The notes under the pieces were generated by a model. That model was not told the origin of the DNA, made no database searches, and was given only the letters and a program-made list of their open reading frames with translations. From Limisphaerales bacterium (lineage in GTDB: Bacteria; Verrucomicrobiota; Verrucomicrobiia; Limisphaerales; JAHDYP01), in contig JBMTVN010000001.1 in the NCBI GenBank assembly GCA_049451415.1, positions 1 to 63,853 of the forward strand: 63,853 nt of DNA, given 5' to 3'. How positions within the stretch are numbered: position 1 is the first letter of the stretch; every line of letters starts with the position of its first letter. Made by a program: the position numbers and the translations under genes. Shown here piece by piece: positions 1-9,456 of this stretch.

Positions 1-1579
1 CCTCCAGCTCGCCCAGCGCCTCGGCCGCCGCGCCCTCCTCCTCGGCGCGGGCGGCGCTGCTGGGCCAACTACCATCCGTTGTAGCACCACTTCGACCCCC
101 ACCGCCACCACCGAAGCCGCCTCCCATACCACCACCGCCGGAGACGAACACCAGCTGAATGTCGAAGATACCGCCACCACCGCCCATGCCACCCATACCA
201 CCGCCCATACCACCCCCCATGCCGCCCATACCGCCGCCCATGCCGCCACCCATACCACCGCCGCCCATACCGCCGCCGGAACTACTGCCAACCAAGCTAC
301 CGAGCGGGAAGCTTCCCACGCCTTCAAGACCTTCCATGAAGGTGTTCGGGTTGACGCGGAAGATGCGCGTCTCGAGCTGCACGTCCGTCGCTTTTTGGCC
401 AAACACGATGGCATACTCTTCAATGGAGTATTTGATCGGTTTGTCGGCGACTTTGGTTACCGCTTCCAGAACATCCACCAACCGAAGGTTACGGAGAGGA
501 GGGGTAATGCGGATGAGCACGCTGTTCATGTCCAGCGGTTCAGGGGCCGGAGCCGGGATGAGCTGACCGGTTGTCGGATCCACCAGCGGCGCGGCTGCCG
601 ACGTGGCGAACACGTTGGGGTTGATCATGAAGTTGATCCCCGCCTTGTCAGGATCACGGTTGTACGCCTGTTCAGACAGGTAGCGAAGTACCTGAGGGAG
701 TGGCAAACCGTCAAACTCCACTTCGTCGATGTAAATCCGATGCAGTTTCGACTGGATGGCCGTCCTACCCGGACCGGTCCACACAGGGTTGATATCCACC
801 CCGCCGACAAACACATCGGCGTTGGGATTGGGCGTAGGAAGATCCTGCGCTGCAGTTGGAGGCAGCCAAGCGGCCTCGAGCTCAACCAACTTTTCTTTCA
901 CCATGATCTCACGGGCGCGAGCTCCATGAGCGTAACGCGCTTCGCCGATCAGCTTGATATAATACTGAGCAGCAGCGTTGTTGGGATCCAACCGGAAGGC
1001 TTCCTTGAGCTTCGACTCTGCCTCTTCGAGTCGACCCATCTCGTAGAGCAGCTTGCCGTCTTGCACCAACGTGCCGACCTGCTCCTGGAGCTTGGCGACT
1101 TCTGGTGCCAGATCCTGCACCGCTGTCGAAGGAACCCGACCGCGGAGTGCTGCCAGCGCCTTGTCGTTTTCGGTCTTCAGCTTTTGTGCCTCCGGATTGG
1201 CCGGATCGATACTGAGAACACGCTTGAGGTGCAGGTCAGCGTCGAAGAAATCACCGCGGCTCTGGGCAGTCTTCGCCTGCGCGATCCGCACTGTGCTAAA
1301 TCCAGCGATGGTGGCGCGCATCTCTGTTTCGGCTCCCGCGCCGACCTGTTGGCCGAACCGATAGGCCTCCTCGTACAGCCGTGCAGCTGCGCTCAGGTCG
1401 TTTTGCGCCTGGGCGTCTTGGGCGGATGCCAGAGTCTTGCGCAACAGAATCAGCGCCTCTTGCCTGCGCACTGCTTCCTCCGTGGCTAGGTCGGCGGGAG
1501 CCGCCGACTGCTGGGCAAGCACCGGCGCAGCCAGCAGAAACAAAACAAGCAATCGAGCTAGGGTAGCTGCTTTCGTCAT
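1..1579 (-). CDS. Secretin-family outer-membrane protein, N-terminal ~526 codons only (TPR-like repeats + N0/STN-like domain + Gly/Met tract); holds the Amuc_1098 position in an Amuc_1100-type cluster
   Basis: Absent from the ORF track because it runs off the left edge. Reading the minus strand from the ATG at 1579 gives an open frame to nt 1. It has a signal peptide (MTKAATLARLLVLFLLAAPVLAQQ) and TPR-like helices (EEAESKLKEAFRLDPNNAAAQYYIKLI). An N0-like domain (IYIDEVEFDGLPLPQVLRYLSEQA ... ETRIFRVNPNTF) resembles the N-terminus of the PilQ at 48271-49806. It ends in GGGMGGGGMGGGMGGGMGGMGGGMGGGMGGMGGGGG. The secretin C-domain itself lies outside the window. Confidence 0.6.
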   Translation of the reverse strand, partial: MTKAATLARLLVLFLLAAPVLAQQSAAPADLATEEAVRRQEALILLRKTLASAQDAQAQNDLSAAARLYEEAYRFGQQVGAGAETEMRATIAGFSTVRIAQAKTAQSRGDFFDADLHLKRVLSIDPANPEAQKLKTENDKALAALRGRVPSTAVQDLAPEVAKLQEQVGTLVQDGKLLYEMGRLEEAESKLKEAFRLDPNNAAAQYYIKLIGEARYAHGARAREIMVKEKLVELEAAWLPPTAAQDLPTPNPNADVFVGGVDINPVWTGPGRTAIQSKLHRIYIDEVEFDGLPLPQVLRYLSEQAYNRDPDKAGINFMINPNVFATSAAAPLVDPTTGQLIPAPAPEPLDMNSVLIRITPPLRNLRLVDVLEAVTKVADKPIKYSIEEYAIVFGQKATDVQLETRIFRVNPNTFMEGLEGVGSFPLGSLVGSSSGGGMGGGGMGGGMGGGMGGMGGGMGGGMGGMGGGGGIFDIQLVFVSGGGGMGGGFGGGGGGRSGATTDGSWPSSAARAEEEGAAAEALGELE

Positions 1580-1636
1580 GGTCTTGGGAGTGTTGGGTTG
1601 AGACTGCATAGAAATCAAATTGAAATCAGCGGATCA

Positions 1637-2464
1637 TTAATTTGCCGGCTGGTTGGTTCCGTTTTCAGACCGGGTGATGGTCGTTCGCTTTTTGTTGCTA
1701 ACAGCCTCCACCGTCACGCTTTTGGCTTCGATGGCCACAATGGCATTGGTGTCGCCGGCAAAGACGAGTTTGTCACCCACGCGTTTGTTGAGGAAGATTT
1801 GTTTATCCGGCGGGTAACTGAGATCCACGGTGTAGCCGGCCACCCCCTCGTAAGGGGCGTTGGTGCCGACTGTGATCGTCTGGTTTTCATCGATCATCTC
1901 CAGGCTGAATTCCTGCGGCGCTTCCACACTCGGTCGAATTTCGCGCAGGATGAAGACGTCATTCCGGGATCCGGCCCCAATGACCTCTCGCGTTTGGGCG
2001 GCGCGCTTGCGGGGATCACGGTGAGCCTCGCGGGCGAGTTTAAACTTGTGGGACCACTCCGAACCGCGGAGCACCGAACCCTCATAGCTGACCCTGAGCA
2101 TGAGCGGAGCGGACCGGGTGATCTTCAGTGCCCCGGGCCCAGTCTCGTTGCCCGTGACCACCTTGATGAGGTTGCCATCCCCGCGCTTTTTCCAAGTCAC
2201 GGGATTGAACAGGTTGTGGTCACCATCCAGCTGAACGCTGTCAGGTCGGCGCAACCGGTCCAGGACTGTCTGGTTGGTGGAGAGGTCAAGCACTTCCAAC
2301 CCCTTGGACCCCGGGCTGGCGTTCAGTTGCATGTAGGTGGCGATCCGGCCTCGCTCGGCTGCTACACCTAAGAAGAGGAAGATTGCAGCGGCCGCGAGAG
2401 CCACCAGCACCAGACTCAACACCACTTTTTCGTAGTGCTTTTTGAAAAACTTCACGAAATCCAT
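1637..2464 (-). CDS. Single-pass membrane protein of the pilus-like cluster (position equivalent to Amuc_1099)
   Basis: 275-aa ORF with ATG at 2464. It has an N-terminal TM helix (VVLSLVLVALAAAAIFLFLGV) followed by a beta-rich soluble part. It lies 13 nt downstream of the Amuc_1100-like gene and 57 nt upstream of the secretin-like gene. The family call is positional only. Confidence 0.55.
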   Translation of the reverse strand: MDFVKFFKKHYEKVVLSLVLVALAAAAIFLFLGVAAERGRIATYMQLNASPGSKGLEVLDLSTNQTVLDRLRRPDSVQLDGDHNLFNPVTWKKRGDGNLIKVVTGNETGPGALKITRSAPLMLRVSYEGSVLRGSEWSHKFKLAREAHRDPRKRAAQTREVIGAGSRNDVFILREIRPSVEAPQEFSLEMIDENQTITVGTNAPYEGVAGYTVDLSYPPDKQIFLNKRVGDKLVFAGDTNAIVAIEAKSVTVEAVSNKKRTTITRSENGTNQPAN

Positions 2465-2477
2465 GGAAATCTTCAGC

Positions 2478-3545
2478 TTAATTGGCAGCCACCAACGGCC
2501 GGACAGCTTCCACCCTCAACGTGAATCTGAGCAGTTGCTCATCCAATACGGTCTCGGGTCCTTTGCGTGCACTGCTTGCGACCGGCGCGTAATACGTGGG
2601 TGCCGCCGGGGCCGGAGTTGGAGATACTCTACCCCCTCCTGGCCGCACACCGTAACGGTTCATCATTTGTTGCTCGGCTGTCACCCCCCCACCGCCGGCT
2701 CCTCCATAGCGATTACCCATGCCGTAACGGTCAGCTAGATTTTGCGGTACACCCGCCGGGGCAGCGGGTGCGGGCATTGCGCCGTATCTGGACATCATCC
2801 CGGAGGTATCGGCCGGCGCGCTTTGCGGCGCTTGCTCAACATTGATGTTTTTGATGAGGAAACACTGCGGCGATTTGGCCAGCCCTTCCAGCACCGTGGC
2901 CAGCTCGCTGGAAAACCCTTGAAAAGTGACCTCGTAAGGTGTGGTGACTGCTTTGACCACGTTGTTGGTCGTCACGACGGCTCCGCGCAACGTTACCTGA
3001 GCATTGTCGTTGGTGGAGACTGCCGGCCGCAGGATGCGCAGCACTGAATGCACCCTGGCACTGTAGATTGTCTCACAGAGCGCCTTGATCTCCAGCAGCT
3101 GATACGTCCAGGGAAGGACCTCGCTGGGGGCAAAATTCATGCGCTCGCGTTGTGTGTCAAAAGTGTAGGCAAAGTCCTTGGGGCGTCTGACCCCCTGATT
3201 TTCGGCGAGCACGTTCAGCTCGTTGAGGGTATTTGCCAGGAGGAAGGTGAACTCGGCACTCGTGATATTGGTGTATTGAGCCACTGGAGCGAAGTATTTC
3301 CAGTATTCCTGCACCATTGCCTTGAGCCTCTCCTGCTCTGTCTTCGCGGCCTCGATGTTATCTTCCGTGACACTGGGGTTGGAGCTGTTGAGGCGGCCAA
3401 ACTCGCTGGCTTCACCTTCCAGTTCCTGGGAGATCTTGGAATTCTTGTCGTAGCTCGTGTAGAGAAAGAACCCGGAGGCCCCGAGGAGGACGAGTGCGAC
3501 CACTCCCCCCACAACGAGAATCAGATTTCGTTTGAACCAGGCCAT
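2478..3545 (-). CDS. Amuc_1100-family pilus-like protein
   Basis: 355-aa ORF with TM helix LILVVGGVVALVLLGASGFFLY and a long helical region. The segments EVTFQGFSSELATVLEGL, FLIKNINVEQ and LRFTLRVEAV parallel Amuc_1100 as I recall it (EIAFQGDRESVLKAMNAI, FTVNSIRIRNE, VFVQVSLNLVHF). An Ala/Pro/Gly/Met-rich insert (aa 239-325) carries four RYG motifs. Confidence 0.65.
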   Translation of the reverse strand: MAWFKRNLILVVGGVVALVLLGASGFFLYTSYDKNSKISQELEGEASEFGRLNSSNPSVTEDNIEAAKTEQERLKAMVQEYWKYFAPVAQYTNITSAEFTFLLANTLNELNVLAENQGVRRPKDFAYTFDTQRERMNFAPSEVLPWTYQLLEIKALCETIYSARVHSVLRILRPAVSTNDNAQVTLRGAVVTTNNVVKAVTTPYEVTFQGFSSELATVLEGLAKSPQCFLIKNINVEQAPQSAPADTSGMMSRYGAMPAPAAPAGVPQNLADRYGMGNRYGGAGGGGVTAEQQMMNRYGVRPGGGRVSPTPAPAAPTYYAPVASSARKGPETVLDEQLLRFTLRVEAVRPLVAAN

Positions 3546-3549
3546 GGCT

Positions 3550-5421
3550 TTAAAGTTTCAAAGGGTTTTTGAGTTTGAGCGTGACGCCGAAGCTGAATGT
3601 CAGCTCATCCACAGGGGTGATGTCACCGGACAGTTTGGTCCCTTCCGGGTCGAATATCTCGCTCTGCTGCAATTGACCTTGCAGAACATTGGCGAGGCGA
3701 AGGTCGGCCGTCGGATCCAGATTCTTGAGGCTCAACCCTTTGCAGGTAACGTTGATCACGCTCACTTCGTTGGTCGACCCCGTCGCTTTCGCCGAGGAGC
3801 TGGCTGCGCTGGCCTTATTGCCCATAACAGCTACGCCGTAGCGCTCCATCAGCAGGCGTTTGGATTCCTCGTCCATGGTGGCGTAGGGGTCGTTTTCCTC
3901 CTCCTCTTCGTATAAGTCAACCGAGGGCGTCGAGCCTGAGGACTGGAGGTTCGGGTTTGCGCTGGCGAAGCTTTCAATCCAGACACCGTTCTCCACCCCG
4001 TTCATTTCGGCCTTCCGAGTTGCCTCGGTGACCGCCAGGGCATGACGGAGTTCTTTCAGGACATCCGTCCAGAAGAAGCGTTGCGAAGACCATTCGTTCA
4101 GCAGGGAGACCTCATTTTTCAGGCTGCTCAATTTACTGAGTTCAGACTTAAGCCTGCGGTCGGTCTGCTGGAGGGGGGCCTTTTTCTCGGCTACCAGATC
4201 CCGGGTCCCGGTTTGCAGGGCCGCCAGTTTGGAGTAATACCCCCCGATGGCGAGCACCACCAAAATCAAGCTGAAGGCCGTGGCGATGAAGTAGGGTTGT
4301 TTTTGCGCGAGCTCCTGCCGTTGGAGGAACTTCTTGGGCATGAGGTTCAGTTCCAGCGGACACTGGGCGATGTTTCTCAACCCTAAGCCCACGACTTCAC
4401 CGAAACCATGCGCTACCGAGGCCAGCTCCTCCAAATTGATCGATGGGTCGATTTCAATATTCCTGAAGGGGTTGAAATACTCCACTTCGATCCCCAGCTT
4501 TTCAGCGAAGAACTGCGGGGTGTAGGGCATGATCGAGGCCCCGCCGGCGAGGAAGAGCCGTTGTGGCGCGCTCCCGCCCTGCTGACCACGATAAAACTGG
4601 ATCGTCTGGTTGACCTGAATATGCAGGCGGGTCATGACCTGACGGGCGATTTTTGAAATCTGCGCCTGCTTGGGATTATCGGGTTCCTCGTAAGCTCCCC
4701 CCAAACTAACGAATCCGTCTGCGATCTTGAATTGCTCAGCCTCGGCAAACCGCATCTTTGCCTCGGCCGCGAAATCCTGGGTTATGGAGTTTGCGCCGAT
4801 GTTGATACCGCGGGCGTATACCCTGCCCTGCTCGAAAAACAGGAGGTTGCTGGTCTTGGCGCCGATGTCCAGGAGCATGGAGCAGCCCTCCATGTCGCCG
4901 TAGTTGAACCGGAAAGCATTGGCGAGGGCCGCGATCGAAACATCGACAAGCTGAACCTTGAGCCCACCTGCTTCGGTCGTCCGGAACAGGCTTTCTACCA
5001 CGTCGTTCTTGATGGCGACGAGGAGCACCTCGAACTCGCCGGACGGCGTGGTACCGAGGATCTGATAGTCCCAGGCTACCTCCTCCAGCGGGAACGGGAC
5101 GTTCTGTTGTGCCTCGTATTGGATAATCTGGGCGACCTTGGAGGCATCAACCTGCGGCAGTTTGACGAACTTCGAGAAGACGTGATACCCGGCGGAGCAA
5201 GCATTGACGCTGCGGGCACCGAACCCGCGCTCGGCGATGAGTTCGGGGATGGCCTTACTCAGGGCTCGCTCCCGTGAGACGTCTTGGGATCCTTCAAAGC
5301 CCAAGCTGCGGATTCCAAATTGGCGCAGACGGATAACCCCGCTGTCCGTCGGCTCGAACTCCGCTGCTTTGAGGCTGCCCGCCCCAAAGTCCATCGAGAG
5401 AAATGACTTCGTGTTCAGCAT
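3550..5421 (-). CDS. PilM-like actin/FtsA-fold protein fused to a PilN-like segment (TM helix, coiled coil, C-terminal domain); Amuc_1101-type
   Basis: 623 aa. The N-terminus SMDFGAGSLKAAEF and LLDIGAKTSNL are PilM-like phosphate motifs. LELNLMP (aa 356-362) resembles the PilN INLLP signature. The TM helix PYFIATAFSLILVVLAIGGYY spans about aa 377-396, followed by a coiled coil. The gene ends 4 nt upstream of the next gene. Confidence 0.8.
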   Translation of the reverse strand: MLNTKSFLSMDFGAGSLKAAEFEPTDSGVIRLRQFGIRSLGFEGSQDVSRERALSKAIPELIAERGFGARSVNACSAGYHVFSKFVKLPQVDASKVAQIIQYEAQQNVPFPLEEVAWDYQILGTTPSGEFEVLLVAIKNDVVESLFRTTEAGGLKVQLVDVSIAALANAFRFNYGDMEGCSMLLDIGAKTSNLLFFEQGRVYARGINIGANSITQDFAAEAKMRFAEAEQFKIADGFVSLGGAYEEPDNPKQAQISKIARQVMTRLHIQVNQTIQFYRGQQGGSAPQRLFLAGGASIMPYTPQFFAEKLGIEVEYFNPFRNIEIDPSINLEELASVAHGFGEVVGLGLRNIAQCPLELNLMPKKFLQRQELAQKQPYFIATAFSLILVVLAIGGYYSKLAALQTGTRDLVAEKKAPLQQTDRRLKSELSKLSSLKNEVSLLNEWSSQRFFWTDVLKELRHALAVTEATRKAEMNGVENGVWIESFASANPNLQSSGSTPSVDLYEEEEENDPYATMDEESKRLLMERYGVAVMGNKASAASSSAKATGSTNEVSVINVTCKGLSLKNLDPTADLRLANVLQGQLQQSEIFDPEGTKLSGDITPVDELTFSFGVTLKLKNPLKL

Positions 5422-5578
5422 CTAGCAATTTGCTCACTCATGGGCATAACACAACTCGCCGCCGTCTCAAGGACCGCGGGCGTCGGCAATGAGTGAGACG
5501 GGAGCTGGTTACTGGAATTCAGGTGGAGGGTCAAACAGAAAAGCTCTACTCTTAGGCCTTGACGGCCGCTGTTTGGCT

Positions 5579-6601
5579 CTAACGAGCGGGGTGTTCGCGG
5601 AACCATTGGATCGTTTTCGCAAGGCCTGTTTCGAGGTCAACCTGCGGCGACCAGTTTAACAGCGTCTTGGCCCGTGTGATATCGGGCTTTCGTTGCCGGG
5701 GATCATCCTTGGGCAGTGGCCGGTAACGAACGGCGCTCTTGGATCCCGTAAGACGGGTAATCACCTTGGCAAATTCGAGGATGGTGAGCTCATGCGGGTT
5801 CCCGACATTTACCGGGTAGCTCTCCCCAGACATCATGAGCCGGTAGATCCCCTCGATCAGATCTGAGCAGTAGCAGAAGCTTCGTGTTTGCTGTCCCTTG
5901 CCGAAGACAGTGATCGCGCGCCCGGCCAGCGCCTGGCTGATAAAAGCGGGCACTACTCGCCCGTCGTGCAGCCTCATTCTCGGACCATAGGTATTGAAGA
6001 TCCGGACGATCCGGGTGGGGACGTGATGCTCACGGTGGTAGGCCATGGTTAGCGCCTCGGCGAACCGCTTGGCCTCGTCGTAACACCCGCGCGGTCCCAG
6101 CGTATTCACGTTTCCCCAGTAATCCTCAGTCTGGGGATGAACCAGGGGATCCCCATAAACCTCGGAGGTGGATGCCAGCAAAAACCTGGCTCCCTTGGCC
6201 TTGGCCAGACCCAAAGCCTTGTGTGTCCCGAGGGAGCCGACCTTGAGTGTCTGGATTGGCAGCTCCAGATAATCCACCGGGCTTGCGGGCGAAGCAAAAT
6301 GCCACACGTAATCCACCGACTCATCCAGAAAGAGAAACTCTGTTACATCCTGTTGGATGAATCGAAAATCGGTTTGCCCCGCCAGATGGTCGATGTTCTC
6401 GACCCGCCCGGTGACGAAATTGTCGATGCCTATGACGCGGTGACCGCGTTCGAGCAACAGGTCGACCAGATGAGATCCAAGGAATCCTGCAGCTCCGGTG
6501 ACTACCGACACGGGTTTATGCGTTCTGGACGCTGGTGAACGGCGGGAACGCTTGGCTGGTTTCTTCGTCTTATTTTTGGGGGCAGGCGGCATGGTTAACA
6601 A
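5579..6601 (-). CDS. UDP-glucuronate decarboxylase (UDP-xylose synthase), extended SDR
   Basis: Rossmann motif [12 protein letters not shown], catalytic YDEAKR motif, and UXS-like sequence throughout. The first 30 aa are Lys/Arg-rich ([25 protein letters not shown]). An in-frame GTG at 6511 would give a conventional N-terminus, so the start is uncertain. Confidence 0.85.
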   Translation of the reverse strand: MLTMPPAPKNKTKKPAKRSRRSPASRTHKPVSVVTGAAGFLGSHLVDLLLERGHRVIGIDNFVTGRVENIDHLAGQTDFRFIQQDVTEFLFLDESVDYVWHFASPASPVDYLELPIQTLKVGSLGTHKALGLAKAKGARFLLASTSEVYGDPLVHPQTEDYWGNVNTLGPRGCYDEAKRFAEALTMAYHREHHVPTRIVRIFNTYGPRMRLHDGRVVPAFISQALAGRAITVFGKGQQTRSFCYCSDLIEGIYRLMMSGESYPVNVGNPHELTILEFAKVITRLTGSKSAVRYRPLPKDDPRQRKPDITRAKTLLNWSPQVDLETGLAKTIQWFREHPAR

Positions 6602-6663
6602 TCTCCGGAATGAACATGGAAGAACCGGGACTGCCTGGGCGAACCTGAGAAAGCCTCTGGCGC

Positions 6664-8055
6664 TTAGCGAGCACCGGAACCCGTTAGCACAACCGGCACG
6701 GTACGACAGAGGATCTTGATATCAAGCATCAACGACCAGTTGTCGATGTACTCCAAGTCCAGCCTCACCCATTCCTTGAAATCTTGCAGGTCGCTGCGGC
6801 CACTGACCTGCCAGAGACAGGTGATGCCGGGCTTGACGCTCAGCCGACGTCGATGTGCCAGATCATCAAACCGGGCCACCTCATCCACAGGGAGGGGACG
6901 GGGCCCCACTAGGCTCATGTCACCCCGGATTACGTTCAGCAGCTGAGGGAACTCATCGATGCTGTATTTGCGCAGCAATCGGCCGATCGGGGTCACCCGC
7001 GGATCATTGGTCACCTTGAAAACCGGCCCACTCATTTCATTGAGTTTCTCCAGCTCATGCTTGCGCTGCTCCGCATCCGTGGTCATGGAACGGAACTTCA
7101 GCATGGTAAAGGGGCGACCATTGAGCCCGCATCGCTGCTGGCGGAAGAAGATCGGGCCCGAGGAGGAGAACCGTATAGCCACGGCTGAAGCCAGCATCAC
7201 GGGCGAAAAGAGCAGCAGGAGAAAACTTGCCCCGGCGATGTCGATGGCCTGTTTGGCGAGCACCTCCCATGAGGTCTCTGGTGCTGAACGGAAGACCAGC
7301 ATCGGGGTGCCGAGAAAGTCATCCAGGGATGTCTGGGAGATCTGGGTCTTGAAAAAGTCTGCTATCAACCAGACCTCAACGCCCTCCAGCTCACAAGCGG
7401 CGATCACCTTCTCCACCTGCCCGAAAACCGTGTGTTGAGCACAGAGCAGAACGCCGTTGGGTGCCTGGCGGTGCAGGCATTCCAGAAGCCGTTCGACCGG
7501 CATCTCATTCAGGTCCAACTCTTCCAGCACCTCGACCCCCTGCTGGAAGAGAACCGGCATCCGCAGCTTCAAGGCTTCACGGTCCTCCAAAGTCCCGACG
7601 ATGATCATTCGCCGACGCATGGCAGCTACCCGGGAGCTGTTCATCCAGCGAAGCAGAAACTCCTCTTTGAGCAGTAATAAAGAAAACCCTATACCGCCGA
7701 ATAGCATAACGACGCCTCGGGCTGGCCTTTCTGCCATGAGGAAGGCCACCACAACCAGTGCGAGGGTTACCCAGAAACTACCCCAAAAGGCCTGCCAAAG
7801 AGTCTGCCTGCGGGTTGGCCTCAAGGGACGCGAATAGAATCCCTGGAGTTGGAGCGACAGCGGTGTGACCAGGATGACAAAAACCAGCATCCAGGCGTAG
7901 TGAGTACCGAACGCATCAATTCCCGGGCGGTCGATCATCTCTCCAACCTCCGGCGTTGCCCTGAGCCACCAGGCAACCCAGAAGGCGAAGCAGAATATCC
8001 CCGTATCAATGATACGCTGGATGTCTAATAGAATTTGGCGCTCACGCCGTAGCAT
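6664..8055 (-). CDS. Polyprenyl-phosphate sugar phosphotransferase (WbaP/WcaJ-type priming glycosyltransferase)
   Basis: 463 aa with N-terminal TM helices. The C-terminal bacterial sugar-transferase domain shows [32 protein letters not shown] and [17 protein letters not shown]. Confidence 0.9.
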   Translation of the reverse strand: MLRRERQILLDIQRIIDTGIFCFAFWVAWWLRATPEVGEMIDRPGIDAFGTHYAWMLVFVILVTPLSLQLQGFYSRPLRPTRRQTLWQAFWGSFWVTLALVVVAFLMAERPARGVVMLFGGIGFSLLLLKEEFLLRWMNSSRVAAMRRRMIIVGTLEDREALKLRMPVLFQQGVEVLEELDLNEMPVERLLECLHRQAPNGVLLCAQHTVFGQVEKVIAACELEGVEVWLIADFFKTQISQTSLDDFLGTPMLVFRSAPETSWEVLAKQAIDIAGASFLLLLFSPVMLASAVAIRFSSSGPIFFRQQRCGLNGRPFTMLKFRSMTTDAEQRKHELEKLNEMSGPVFKVTNDPRVTPIGRLLRKYSIDEFPQLLNVIRGDMSLVGPRPLPVDEVARFDDLAHRRRLSVKPGITCLWQVSGRSDLQDFKEWVRLDLEYIDNWSLMLDIKILCRTVPVVLTGSGAR

Positions 8056-8238
8056 GTTGGGTCATTTGGACTCCAAGCGAAAACCGGAGCAACTCTAAAA
8101 TACCTGCAAGCTGCCTGGCGGGCACTGAGACCTTAACGAACTTAGAGAGGCTTTGACTCGCGCTGGCAAGCGTCCTTAAGCTGCGCGGCCAAACGTCGAA
8201 AGACAGCTATCGTGCTCTACCCCTCCGCCAACCTTCGT

Positions 8239-9456
8239 ATGCGCCCCCACGATGTTGTCGTTACCGGAGCGGGCATCATCACTGCCTTGGGGGTGGGCTG
8301 GGACGTGAACCTGCGGGGGTTCCGTTCCGGGAGGTCGGCACTGCGGCAGGTGCGAAATTTCGATGTTTCCCGTCAGCGCACCGGAAGAGCCGGGGAGGTC
8401 GACCTGCCCAAGGACTGGTGGCGCGGCTCTGGGATGAGCAAGAGCAGGGTCGCCCGTTGGGATCGTGCCCTGGCGATGCTCTGGCTGGCAGGTTCAGAAG
8501 CCTGGCGGCAAGCGGGTTGGGAAGCCCGGGCGGATATCCCCCTGGTGCTTGGCACGACCAGCGCAGGCATGCTGCGGGGCGAGGAGTTCTACCATCAAGC
8601 CCTTCAGGATGGCAGCTCGTGTCGGCACCAGCCATCACGCGTATTGCATTACCAGGCGCAACGGCAGGCCGCGGAAGCTGCTCACGCACTGGGTACCACC
8701 GGGCCTGCCACGATCATTTCCAACGCCTGCGCATCCGGTTCCAACGCAATTGGTCAGGCATGGGAACTGGTGCGCAGGGGAACGTATCCCCGAGTTCTTG
8801 CCGGCGGATACGAGGCCCTGTGCATGCTGGTTTTCAGCGGCTTTGACTCCCTGCAAGCCCTCTCGGCGTCGGGTTGCCGCCCCTTCGACACCAACCGTGA
8901 TGGCCTTAGCCTGGGCGAGGGGGCAGCGTTACTGGCCCTGGAGACCCTGGAGTCGGCACAATCCCGCCGGGCTGAGGTCCTTGGTGTGGTGGAGAGCTAT
9001 GCCTCCACTACGGATATTCACCATTTGACCCAACCGCATCCTGAGGGTGATGCAGCCCGGGCTGCCATGGATCTGGCCTGCACCAGGGCCGGGCTTGGCC
9101 CCGAGGCGATCCACTATCTGAACGCCCACGGAACAGGCACCCGCCTCAACGACGCAGCGGAAGCCAAAGCCATCAACGGCTGGGCCGGCTCCTGTGCGGC
9201 ACAACTTCCTGTCAGTTCCACCAAGCGCTGTGTGGGACATCTACTGGGCGCTGCCGGCGCAGTCGAAGCCGCGCTCTGTCTCATGGTGTTGCAGGGACAA
9301 TGGCTTCCCCCCATGCCAGAGTTGGCAGAACCCGATCCCCTCTGCGAGTTCCCCCTCGTCCGGGAACCAGCCGCTTCCAGAATCGAGCGTGTCATGTCCA
9401 ATTCCTTTGGTTTTGGCGGAGCGAACGCCTCGTTAATTCTCCGGAGGACCCCATGA
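8239..9456 (+). CDS. Beta-ketoacyl-ACP synthase (FabF-like KS) with an intact Cys-His-His triad
   Basis: Nucleophile motif IISNACASGSNAIG, His motifs TDIHHLTQP and LNAHGTGT, and SSTKRCVGHLLGAAG. The track ORF starts at GTG 8212. The ATG at 8239 gives the typical N-terminus MRPHDVVVTGAGI. Confidence 0.85.
   Translation: MRPHDVVVTGAGIITALGVGWDVNLRGFRSGRSALRQVRNFDVSRQRTGRAGEVDLPKDWWRGSGMSKSRVARWDRALAMLWLAGSEAWRQAGWEARADIPLVLGTTSAGMLRGEEFYHQALQDGSSCRHQPSRVLHYQAQRQAAEAAHALGTTGPATIISNACASGSNAIGQAWELVRRGTYPRVLAGGYEALCMLVFSGFDSLQALSASGCRPFDTNRDGLSLGEGAALLALETLESAQSRRAEVLGVVESYASTTDIHHLTQPHPEGDAARAAMDLACTRAGLGPEAIHYLNAHGTGTRLNDAAEAKAINGWAGSCAAQLPVSSTKRCVGHLLGAAGAVEAALCLMVLQGQWLPPMPELAEPDPLCEFPLVREPAASRIERVMSNSFGFGGANASLILRRTP

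Noticed and set aside
159-566. 135-aa ORF starting with a striking poly-Pro/Met/Ile tract (MSKIPPPPPMPPIPPP...)
   Set aside because: It is the reverse-complement reading of the Gly/Met-coding repeats of the minus-strand secretin-family gene. The rest of the ORF has no protein-like features.
395-1489. 364-aa plus-strand ORF covering most of the left edge
   Set aside because: It is antisense to a much more convincing minus-strand frame with a signal peptide, TPR-like repeats and an N0-like domain. It is Arg/His/Cys-rich, which is typical of antisense ORFs in high-GC DNA.
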